A DNA stretch of 64,000 nucleotides from Iphione sp. A-MEVVRFRX5. Lineage: Eukaryota. The stretch spans positions 115,320,001 to 115,384,000 of the forward strand of contig OZ320313.1 of NCBI GenBank assembly GCA_976226885.1. Direction: 5' to 3'. The notes beneath the pieces were generated by a model. The model worked only from the letters and a program-made list of their open reading frames with translations, did not search any database and was not told the DNA's origin. Within the stretch, counting starts at the first letter, position 1. Each line of letters starts with the position of its first letter. The translations under genes were made by a program, and so were the position numbers. Positions 53,900-64,000 of the stretch are shown here, one piece after another.

Positions 53900-55730
53900 A
53901 GAAAAACACTTTATTCCATCAGGCGTGTTTAAGACACGAAAAACGCGCGAGGAGAAAGCGTTTACATAAATGATGCCCATCGGGCGGTGCCTGGAACGCA
54001 GCCGCAAGGTGCCTTTCCGTATTAAAATGGGCAACGCAGGTATGCATATATCGATAAGCGCCCCGAAACCTGAGTGGACATGGTTGTGTATATCGTTTGC
54101 ATTCATGTTAAGGAGGTAGAAAACTGCGTCCCGATCACTTACATATTGTGGCATACACTATGTGGTTCATCTATAATACAGCGACCGCCATAGGAAATAC
54201 GACGGAGTGATTGCCTTTGCGCATGCGGAATGAGATGCGCCTCTGGATGTTATCATCCTTCATGAGCAAGGAACATATGTATGGCGTGTTGTCATGGTAA
54301 TCGTAGATTGTCAGGCTCTCCCATGCGGCATCTGCCAGAAGACTATCATAAAGGTAAACCATGTTCGGTAAACATATATCCCGCAGCAGAAATCTTATTT
54401 ATGTTCAACACAACACTGTGTGGAAACGGATTTGTGTTACGTACACCATACATTGAATTGAAATGTGCAATTGGACAAAGTGGTGCAAACGTTAAACATG
54501 GGGATTTTCAATTACATATAACTCAACAATAGTCATGATGTATTAAGAATACATATACTAGCCATTTACTCTGGGAATGAATGCACATCTAGTTGAATGT
54601 CTACATATGGACACAGATGCCTCTATGCACTGGAGATTCTGTCAATAAACCATCTCTCTGCAAGAACCATCCCATTTGAAGACTAGACCAAAGAGGTTAC
54701 AAATTTTATTTAATATGATGGAAATAGCCTCTTTCTAACAATCACCTAGCAGAGGAACCAGTATAGGAATAGAATTAGTGGTGGCGAGAGAGAGTTTCCA
54801 CTGTGTATACATGTACATATATACATAATCGATGGAACTGGCTTTTACTCCTACTGTAATTGGCAACCTCTTCATTTTATAAAGAGTACGAGGGCCTGGC
54901 GTCACTAAAGATTATTACTGTCACCCACGTGGGTAGTTCGTTTCAGTCAAAATGAGATTCTAATTCAGGTGTGTACATGTACATGTATAACCAAACATGT
55001 TTCAGATCCCTCTTCGTTCCAAGACCCCATTCCCTTTCTCTACCCAAGACTATGTAGTTCTCCAATATGCTGACCAGGCTTCCTCTTCATCGCGTTTTTT
55101 CTCTTGTATCCTCAGGACATTTCGAAGTGTGGGTGGGGTCAGGTTGATGATGCCTGGGCAAACAGGCACGTTCCACGCACGCTTCGCCGACCACCCCCGT
55201 TGTCCAATGCAGCTGACAAATTGCTGTTGCCTGCGGGGCCTCCGATTCGGTAATCCTACCCCAAACTGGCCATTTGTCAGCCACCTTTGAAGACCTAGAC
55301 GACCGGGGCCTCATCGGGTCGTCTCAGGTCCCTGCCAGCCTAGATAATACGCGAACCTTGGATGTGCTCAACGCCAATTACCGCCTCCACGTGTGAGCTG
55401 ACGAGTGTGTCATATAAGAGCAGAAAATAATGGTAATTTCACCCCCCCCCCCCGAATCTGGGTGCATTACTGCCTAGCGCCGAGACGGCACGTATCGGGT
55501 CCCACGCCAAACGAGTCAAATATACGGGTAGAGATCAGCGTGGATGCAGGTTTTAAGGGTGAGCAGATCAATGGCGGACGCGATAGGGTCCATCTCATGG
55601 TCATCCGTCAATCGGAGCGAGTAGCTCGAGGGATGCGAACGAAGGTAATAATGCGTCCCTGTCGCCCGAACTTCGCCAACCCTTCCTCTCAAAGGAACTA
55701 TCGATATGGAAGGGGAATACATCTATAGAC
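53900..55730 (-). mobile_element. Decayed Ty3/gypsy pol (RNase H and integrase)
   Basis: RNase H: THYY..HPSSYSL (cf. DASSYGL), PIASA..LLT (cf. PIAYAS..LT), LVW.G and LQRW. Integrase: QCC..HK, AWESLTI...YI..L.KD (cf. PWE.L.ID...YIL..VD) and PQYVSDRDAVF (cf. P..IVSDRD..F). RNase H before integrase is the gypsy order. Confidence 0.55.
54602..54805. mobile_element. Probable MITE copy inserted in the gypsy relic
   Basis: Right end gtggtggcgagagagagtttccactgt resembles the ends of 20272-20405, with GACCA/AACCA sub-repeats. The left end is degenerate. Confidence 0.35.
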
Positions 55731-55899
55731 ACCCACGTATAACCTACAACACTTAGACTGAGGCTAATATCATACCCCAAGTCTTTGTGGCTATACGACT
55801 ATAGTCTAAAGAGTAAATAACCATCATTTCGCACCCAGAAGTAGTAAACCGTAGGTATGATGGTTTCAGCTTTGAATATGATTCATCGTTCTGTAGCGG

Positions 55900-57480
55900 G
55901 AAGGGCAATAAAACTTAGAACCTACCGAATAAGCCAGGAACAACGTAATGGGCCGCGTTCTATGGTAGATGATACTCCAATCACCAGTGTGCTCCGTCAT
56001 GACGTGACACACGAATCGGCCACCTGGGAACCATTAAGCTTCTTCTAAAGTGGACATCATCATTCTACCCCGGCTGAATGTCGCTAAGATTCACAATAAA
56101 ATCGATGACACGGTGTTCGCTACTAAATTTAGAGACCACTTACAAGTGCTGTTTCACCATGGACTAGACATGGAGGAGGACGATTGGGACTGGTAAATCA
56201 CTAAGCAAATGTGCACGGCGAAAAGCGCTATGCTCGATTTGATAGGCCACAGTGTGCCTTGGATCCTAGTCTTTCCAGAATTGTCTTAATACAGACCTAT
56301 AAATGATAATACGAAAGTAGGAGATATTTTTCTACGCAATGCTTCCTAGTATTAACACAAAGAGAATCATTGATTTTATGTAGTTCCATGTGGCTTCCCT
56401 TTTCAAATCAACTGTAAAATATCAAGAAGCTTTCCCTGAACATTCTACAGGAAGCCGGAGCTTATGTGAGTTGTACCGCTAGAAGGTTACACTGTTTTAT
56501 TTAAAATTGACAAAGATTGAATGGCTATTCCATATCTTTAAGAATGCAGAAACATTTGTTGTAATCGTGTATTTTATTTTTTGATCAATTATTTTCAGAT
56601 CAGAAATATTCTCTCCATTCTTAAACCTACACACACTGCAGTTTTCAGGCAAAAATAACCAAAACGTTTTGTTTAATGAATAAAAATGGTTCGGGTATAG
56701 GCCTTTACCATTGTGATGACTGGAGCCATGTGCCTAGCTGTTTAAATTTCCCACTTCTCACGCCAAAAACGTGACTTCTCTGGCACGCTATTGGTTATGT
56801 GGCAAAGTGTTAAATGGGAATAGGTAACTCATCTACATTTTTTTGAATAACAAATCGGAGTGATTTCCAGTCCTTGCTCTGTCTCATATGTGTTGTATAT
56901 AAATAAGACATTACGTTCCAAAATCTTCATAATTCAACGACATTGCTATAATACTTATTCGGGTGTAATTACTATTTCAACTCCCATACACACAACACGA
57001 GAGTGGCATAAAGTGTGCGTTTGGTAAAAGCACTTCGTTCGGTCGAAAACGAGGAGTAAATAACTAAGTCCTAGCACTAGACATCATTTCCGGTTTGGGC
57101 CCCATGAAATTATGTACTGTCGCCCTATTGTTTTTGCGAACAAAGTAATATCCAAAATTTAGTACCCTGTTTTATACCACAATAAATAACGATATGATGA
57201 AGCACGGACAATGGTAATTGCTTGGCGTCCATTCCGCTCTCCTTATTTGTGGTGTTTGTGTTAAAACAGGGCCCTGGCAAAGGCCAGCATGAATTGACAA
57301 ATTGTGTCGAGCTCGGAACAATAGATTTCCGCCACAATAGATGTAGGATGGTAACTGTGAAGGAAAGCGAAGATTTAATAACGTTCACAATGGATTCCAA
57401 AAAAAACACATTTTCTTGGGCCGTAATTTTGACTCGTCGAAAAGACGCCGATTCTTTCGAAATCATGAAATATCTCATAA
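55900..57480 (+). mobile_element. Decayed Ty3/gypsy pol (RT, connection and RNase H start)
   Basis: IDDTVFATKFRDHLQVLF (about 56101; cf. YIDD.....F.EHL..L), HGL...KQMC...LIGHSV (cf. GL...KC.F...LGH.V), DNTKVGDI (cf. DP.KV.AI), RSFP*TFYRK (cf. RSFLG..YYRK) and RPIVFANKVIS (57121; cf. RPIAFAS..L). An AT-rich insert lies at about 56500-57100. Confidence 0.55.
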
Positions 57481-57929
57481 TACCTATATTTCCTGAATGA
57501 GCCGGCCAAGTTTCACCCATGAAGATGAAGCGAGTATCAAAGTACATGTGGAGTGAAGGGCGGTAGCATGAATTTGAAAATGTTACCGCAATGAATTCCA
57601 ATATGGCGAAAGGAAATTGGTATTTACACTGCAATATATTCGGTGTGCGATGCTTTGGACACTCAATTTCAAGGCCTATTCACCCCTCTCTCAGGCCCAT
57701 AATACGTTTTTGATTGAAAGTGTAGATTTTGGTTCAAGTGGCACTGTTCAGTAATAACTGTTACTGTTTCAAAAGGTACTATTCAGTTTTTAGTTTGGTT
57801 TTACTATCATCTGTGGCATAATATATCATCTAATGTCAGAACATTCTCATTTCCATTATAAATTTCATACTGCTGGCGATTAGGTGTAACTCAACTGCGC
57901 TCTGCTGCAATGGTTCAAAAGAACCCTCC

Positions 57930-58330
57930 AAACCCACGCTTTTCAGGCCTGGTGCTCACTTCAGCCCAATGCCTTTCTCAACCACCTTATGACTATGCCC
58001 TCCAAGGCGCTGATGTACCTTATCTAATGATCACCTACCTAAAATATGTCGGCATCTGCATTTTATGTATGTGGAAAAAATTGCTATGGCCATAAAAGAC
58101 AAGCAGAAATTCTACCTTCATCACATTATACAAGGTGATAATGCACTGTGGTGTTTTATTGAGCCAGCACTAGGTTTATGACAGAAGCGCTGCTCAGTCG
58201 TAGCCCCATGCTATGCAAGAATTCAGCTGTACTGCTGGAGGTTGGTGATCAAGTGTGGTGTCGACAAAGGAATATACACCATAACAGAGCCATAACTGTG
58301 TTGCTGCCTTTATGCTAGGCTATGTTTGTA
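57930..58330 (+). pseudogene. C1q globular-domain relic
   Basis: RFSGLVLT (cf. AFSA.LT), KFY (cf. GKFYC), NSAVLLEVGDQVW at 58220-58258 (cf. SNS.VL.L..GD.VW) and AFMLGY (cf. TFSGFL) in order, broken by frameshifts and stops. Confidence 0.45.
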
Positions 58331-58618
58331 CTATTCCAGGAACGAGAACAAGCGTGTACACAGAAGAATGCTACGTTGCTGTGAGAGCATGAGGATGCCT
58401 GTGTGTGGAGTGATTAGACACAAAGCAAACAAGAGTGTGGACCTGTGAGGTCTGTTGTCCCCTGCCATCAAGTGCTAGGTGCACGCATGGGTGGGGAGAG
58501 AGAGAGGGAGAGAAAGAGAGCGAGTGTGTGTATGATGTCTCTCTCTCTTTACAACCACCTTGATTGGCACCTTGTTTTGTGGGGTTGGGTGTTTTTTTTA
58601 AGTCTTTCAGGTTTACAG

Positions 58619-58702
58619 CCCTTGGTTCTGCCTGACTGAGCACACAACCCTTGGTCCTGCCTGACTGAGTGCACCACGTTTGGTTCTGCCTGACTGAGCA
58701 CC
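58619..58702. repeat. 29-bp minisatellite, 3 copies
   Basis: (c/t)ttggt(t/c)ctgcctgactgag... units start at 58621, 58650 and 58679. Confidence 0.9.
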
Positions 58703-58949
58703 AGACTGCTACAAGCTGATACTTGTAGAAGGAAGGTATTGGTGAGTGTGTGTGTACATGTATGAGCATTGTCATACATAGGAATCCCTAAACTAGGTAT
58801 ATATGTTTGTAGGTGTGTTAGCAAAAGAGTAAAATTGGCATAATTTCACCTTTCAAATACTTGAATTACTGCTAGAATTATCCAGTGCTATAGGGCCATG
58901 TATACAAATATCATTTATTAAAATTAATTCTTTTGAGTGAAGGGTTTGA

Positions 58950-59320
58950 GAGTTATAAGACCCACAAGAGTGTGATGGAAGGTTGGGACACCAGTCAGCA
59001 GCATTCCTAAGGTCCCCACTCTCTATGAGGCAGGGGCAATCAGCTTAGTAACCAGTTTGTTTGATCCACAATAACTTCACAAAACCTATCAAAATGCCTT
59101 TCAGTGCCTTTCGATCCGACATGAAAGACCCCTTGTGCGAAACCCTAAGGAAAACATTGTGTGTTAATGCTTAGCTTTGAAAAAAAAGCAATCGATACAG
59201 TTATGACAAATACAGTTTCTGGATTTGAAGCATTCTTTAATGGATTTACGCTTAGACAATGTGCCGAGTGGCATGAAGTGAGATAAACAATTAAGGGGTC
59301 CATGGACTGAAAATGTGGAA
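58950..59320 (+). mobile_element. LINE RT relic (domains 1-4)
   Basis: AISLVTS, SAFRS, LSFEKKAIDTV (cf. LD..KAFDTV), L*WIY and GVHG in order. Confidence 0.45.
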
Positions 59321-59749
59321 ATATTTTTCAGGACCTAATACGGTGGTAACTGTTCTTGCATAATATGCTGATATCCCATTCTGACTTATTTTTTAAAATT
59401 TGAAATCAGTCGAATTCAAAGTTGATCTTTTGACCCAGTTATTCAACTTGTGCTTTTTACAGATCGCTGGGGTCGGTTTTCTTATTTGAGATAACTAGAA
59501 TGTATTTACACTGTTTACAATTTCAAGATGAAAACTCATTAGATGATAGCTCAATTTTCTGACAATATCTGATAAGTTATTTCCAACATGTAGCGTTTCA
59601 CCTCTGATCTTAGTGATTCTGAGTCATTACCAAGATATGCACATGACCTTTTGTTTTAGATAAATCTTTGAATATAATTTCCATATCAATACTATTTGAA
59701 GATCTTACTTGAACATCCTTTTGTATCACTTGTAGAAGAAAATAGTTAT

Positions 59750-59885
59750 CACATTCGGTTTAGGCCTGGTGTCCATATCTTCAGAAGGGTGTGGAAGGGT
59801 GAGGAAGGTCTCCAGGTGCATTTGTATGCATCACCCACTGCCCTGCACACTTACTCACAGGGTTGTCCTTTAGGAGCAGTGCAGA
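59750..59885 (+). mobile_element. L1/Tx1-type RT fragment
   Basis: RFRPG, HLYASPTA (cf. LLY.SP.A) and SQGCPLG (cf. RQGCPLSP) in one frame, with strongly compressed spacing. Confidence 0.33.
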
Positions 59886-60599
59886 TAAGTGCATGTATTA
59901 AGAGGAAAAGTATGAAAAATGGCAAACCAAAATAAAAAAAAAATTGGAAGTAGGCCCCAAAATAGTTTTCTCATGGAAATCCAGCCTAAACACACAAAGT
60001 TTCATGGAAAATCGGCCCAAAAAGGTTTTCTTCATGGAAAGTAGACATAAAATGGCAAAAATGACCAGAAAAAAAATAGAGAAAACACAAATTGTGTGTA
60101 AATGTGCATAAATCATGCTGAAAGTGAAGAAATATGAAGAATAGCAATGCATAACTATGCATGCGTCTAAATTCATGTCAGGAGAATTATTAGACATACA
60201 CAGAAAATGAATGAAGCATGCTATACACATGCTCATGCACATGGATGGTTATGCACATAGGGAAACCCTCCTTTTTATCAACAAGTAAAGCGGATCCCAC
60301 TAAGTCCTGATCATTGAGTATCTGTTAGGAAACATGGCCTCAAGGCAGAACATTGTAGTGTAATACGTATTATATCATGGAAAATGTACCCTAAATAGTG
60401 CCAGAGCCGAAAGCTGCGATCGGTTGGATGCGTTTTAGACGCTCCCTGTTACCTCGGAGCCGTGACGTAATTGATGAACTCTGGGAAAAGTGTTCAGCTC
60501 ATGCATATTGACCGGGGTTGGTTTCCCAGTCGGGAGCTATACGTAAACAGCCGGGCAGGAGAGTTCAGTGTTAAAATGTGCGATGACAGCGTTACGTGT

Positions 60600-61800
60600 T
60601 CTCCCACATCTTTTCACAGCCTCTAGATATATTGCTGCTTAAGCTGCAAAACGTTTCACACTTTTTTGATGAATGGAATTGGTTGGGTATTGGCGTAAGG
60701 CCGGAGGTAGTGTTTTACTGTGAAATAAACGAGACTGTGGTGTCACCTATTGCCACCTTGCGGTGGAAAGTTATATCCGATTGTGTTTGTCTGGCACATG
60801 GGTGCTTATAACAAAGGTAACGTGTCGACAAATATCACCTGGTCTGTGTTATTCTGTATGCATTGCTAAGCGCCCCGACTTCAACAAATCGTGTTCCGAT
60901 CATCACTGCATCTGTTCAGTATGCGTCACCTTTTGGTATCTACCAAGACTGTAAATAAGGAATTCAGAATGTGGGAATTTACCACTGACAACAACGGTGA
61001 CGTTTTCCGTTGCCTCAAAGGTTTCTGAAAGTAATTGTGGTCAGAAAGTGTAATTGGCTAGCTATTACTTTTATTTTCTGGGTAAAAACGAAACATTTTC
61101 CCCCTTGCTGAAACGTGACTGCATTTTTTTCATCGAAATTTCCCTGGCAATTCAAATAAGACAACAATGGAAATGTGTTCAATCCAACACTAAACCGTTT
61201 TTTCTCGTGAAATCGTGTCTTTTTGAGAAACGGACAATAAGGAATATTTTATCCCATTCACGTCGACATTTTATGGCTTCAATGGAAATCCAATCTCACC
61301 AACTTTTCCAATGCGATTGATAAATATGAAGTACGAACGCTGGTGTACATGGGGCATATAGCATAGACATGATACACATTTGAATACCGACATGTATATA
61401 GCATACGTAATTCATCTTTGTGATGCAAATTTCAAGTTCATTAAAGATCCTACAGTATATGGCACAAGAATGGTTGTGTATGCATGCTGGAGACGGCCAA
61501 AAGTAAAGTTATTTGAATACAATATCAATTTAACCATGAAACAGTTTCCAGTATTTATGATTCTAATGATGTCTCATATTTGGTGACCAATAGCATTGTT
61601 GGGTGATCCATTCCCAAATCTGTAAGCAAAATCCAATGTATATATGGCAAAGACGTGATCACGAAAAGATATACTTTGACATCCAGGTGGGGTTACATAT
61701 CACTAACTACTCTATCATGAGGTTCTGCAAAGTTTCAAATGTCACGTTTTGTACACTAACAGACCAGCTAAACGTTCATGTGTTAATGTAAAACAGGGGA
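60600..61800 (+). mobile_element. Crack/L2-like LINE RT relic
   Basis: DILLLKLQ (cf. H.ILL.KL), EINETVVS, AHGCL (cf. PQGS.L), VILYA (cf. LYADD), YFLG and YERWCTWG (cf. YC..VWG) in order. Confidence 0.45.
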
Positions 61801-62249
61801 TAGTGAATCTGTATTTGCCAAGATATTGACACTTTAAATTCCCCTGCAGCTCCGAAAACGCGGGCTAGGATCAAAAGGGTGGGACGAGTAATTAATCAAT
61901 GAACACCCCAAATAAGGCAGAAAGACATTGAGCTGAGGTGCGAATTTGACCGACGAACTAATGTACTCACCATGGAACTAGCCCCGCTGCAGGTTTTTGT
62001 GCCCTGCACGTGGACTGAGTAACTTGCATGCAATCACACACACAACACAACCCAGCACCAGCTTTCACACAGTTGCCGGCCATATGTGGATTTTCCCGCT
62101 CATGCAGGTGCGGGCAGGATGAGAACACATTAACTTATTTACGTACCAACTTCCCATAAACCTTCCTCTAGATTCTCAGCTGGTTTTACACAGCAATATA
62201 TGTGGCGAATGCATGGTAAAAACATTATGCTATCCATACGAGAAATAAC

Positions 62250-62780
62250 TAAAACACCCTTGTTCAAAAAACATATAGGGTGTTCCAAATTCAAACGTGG
62301 TATTTGGAATGAAATCGTGATACATATGATTGAAGGTATGACCAATGATTGATATCCATGAATGTGATAAGTACTGCAGGCTGGAAAAGGAAGGGCTTTG
62401 GCGTATTTTCCTTTAAAATCAAATTCAAATCGATTATTTATGAAAAGTTACGGATGTATCACTAGTAAGACAGAATAGTGAAGGAATCTGACATACCGTT
62501 TTAGGCCATTACATTTGAAACCTGCTGTGAGCAACATACGTCTTAATCATTATGCATACAGTTCAATCTTGCTATTGCAACACTCCTTGGTATCAACTGA
62601 GTATGCCTAAAATAGTGAAGGTACTGAAACAGTAAGGGTTTTTCAATGGTCTCATTCTGTACCAAGTGACTTTGCTTGGAATGCTGAGGTTGTTGATATG
62701 GTGAGGTATTGTAATAGTATGGTTTCACTGTACATACATAAAGTTAGCAGAATAAATATAGCCGAATGTCACTTAACCAT
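62250..62780 (+). mobile_element. LINE RT relic (domain 4 to C-terminus)
   Basis: GVPNSNVVFG (cf. GVPQGSVLG), VLGHYI*NLL*ATYV (cf. LG..ID..L.W..HV) and LILY...GIVIVW in order. Confidence 0.45.
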
Positions 62781-62889
62781 TATATCGCATTGCAGCCAAA
62801 AAAGTCAATACATCAAAATCAGTTTCAAACGAAAATATCTGCACCTGTTAACCTATATATTAAAATACCATTATGCAACCAGACCACTG

Positions 62890-62925
62890 TACAGCCAAAC
62901 CAGCCTGCGACCACATGTCTTAGGG
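62890..62925. mobile_element. MITE 5' terminal fragment
   Basis: tacagccaaaccagcctgcgaccacatgtct resembles the left ends at 24396 and 23624. Confidence 0.4.
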
Positions 62926-63033
62926 TTGTTTCTACAGGATGTGAGTGTCATTTTACATGTAGGGGTGTGAGAACAGAATATTTGTAGCATTATTCTTTGT
63001 CTAACATGCCGCCAGAATTGTCAGAGCAGAACA

Positions 63034-63131
63034 TTTGAAGGGTTATTCATTGTCTAGTGTGCAACCAGAGGCGTCAGTGTGACCACTGCTCCCTAAGAGG
63101 GTTCAACCTTTGAAGGGTTATTCATTGTCTA
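63034..63131. repeat. 23-bp perfect direct repeat, 75-bp period
   Basis: tttgaagggttattcattgtcta at 63034-56 and 63109-31. Confidence 0.9.
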
Positions 63132-63143
63132 ACAGAAACTTTT

Positions 63144-63330
63144 CCACTTTTAGGACATTTAGTCATCAAATACACTGCTTTTAGAAGTTCTACTTGTCAA
63201 ATTTGTCACTTTTAGGACTTTTACTAATCAAATTCACTGCTTTCAGGGTTTAACCTCACCAAAGTCACCACTTTTAGAACTTTTAGTCATCAAATTCTTG
63301 GACTTTGACACCTCAAATTCACCACTTTTC
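63144..63330. repeat. About 30-31-bp degenerate minisatellite, about 6 copies
   Basis: Units such as cacttttaggacatttagtcatcaaata, cacttttaggacttttactaatcaaatt and cacttttagaacttttagtcatcaaatt. Confidence 0.85.
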
Positions 63331-64000
63331 ATATCAAATGAGCTCAGATCCCTATGGAACTAAAGCCACTAATGCGACCATGAGATCAGAATGCAAGGGT
63401 GGTCATAAAACAGTATTCAAGTGTATATATTCCCAGCTTCACATGACACCATCACTTCCTGTCACATGAGCAAATCAGAGTTGTTGATTTGAAATAGGCT
63501 AGATTGTTCACTTTTGGCACAAGATTAATTTCTTCCATACACTCATCCATAATTATTTGAGGGATGCTTCGGCGTGTGCCCCAAAAGGATTAATGCTATT
63601 TATTTAACACTGGAATAGAAGGTTCGTTATTTGGTCCTTATCAGGGTCGGCCACTTGTGTAGCGGCCACCGGGAGTGGAGGTCTTTTTAGAGAGGAAAAA
63701 ACTATACTTTAATATAACTACAAATAGTAATGTTTCATAAAGACTGCTTATTGGAAATACTAATGTAAATTGCCTGTGTCTGATTTTCTGTTTGTCTGTG
63801 TTTCTCTCCGAATTCCAAGGAATTAATATGCAACAAATTACATTGTACGTAATCTTTGAAAACATAGTCTCACCAAATAATATGAGGTTTCCGGAAATTT
63901 AAATGGCTCGAACAAAATAACAGAGTTTGAAGAAGTTTTAATTGATCCATTGTTTGTAGAATACCGAATAGAAGTTGGATGTTCCCAGAGGCGGACAGGG

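Noticed and set aside
57125-57634. 169-aa minus-strand ORF as a gene (likewise 31070-31471, 15858-16304, 17920-18306, 25222-25623 and 12148-12534)
   Set aside because: No host-protein motifs. Each overlaps or is antisense to a retroelement relic, or reflects GC-rich or low-complexity sequence.
58619-58702. CRISPR-like repeats (also 63034-63330 and 33441-33540)
   Set aside because: These are tandem units without unique spacers of CRISPR length, there are no cas genes and the context is eukaryotic.

Overview
Eukaryotic, non-genic DNA of roughly 40% GC (visual estimate). The strong excess of TACATGTA and the repeat types suggest a marine invertebrate such as amphioxus, a hemichordate or a mollusc (inference). 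I found no intact host gene, rRNA, tRNA or CRISPR array, and none of the ORFs in the track looks like a functional gene. The window is a dense retrotransposon graveyard. It holds about 25 heavily decayed non-LTR (LINE) endonuclease or reverse-transcriptase relics on both strands, spanning Rex1-, CR1/L2/Crack- and L1/RTE-like motif sets. It also holds three decayed Ty3/gypsy pol segments. Two better-preserved Crack/L2-like LINEs sit back-to-back at 36.5-40.3 kb with recognisable 3' ends. Other features are several copies of a TA-flanked CAGT...ACTG MITE family, micro- and minisatellites, a few local duplications and a probable C1q-domain relic at 58 kb. Relics were identified by hand-translating across frameshifts and stops and matching family motifs in the correct order, so their boundaries are approximate (about 100 bp) and confidences are moderate. 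The most interesting signal is the roughly 10-fold excess of TACATGTA, which could be Tc1/mariner-type excision footprints of the resident MITEs. I did not find convincing evidence of a novel functional system.
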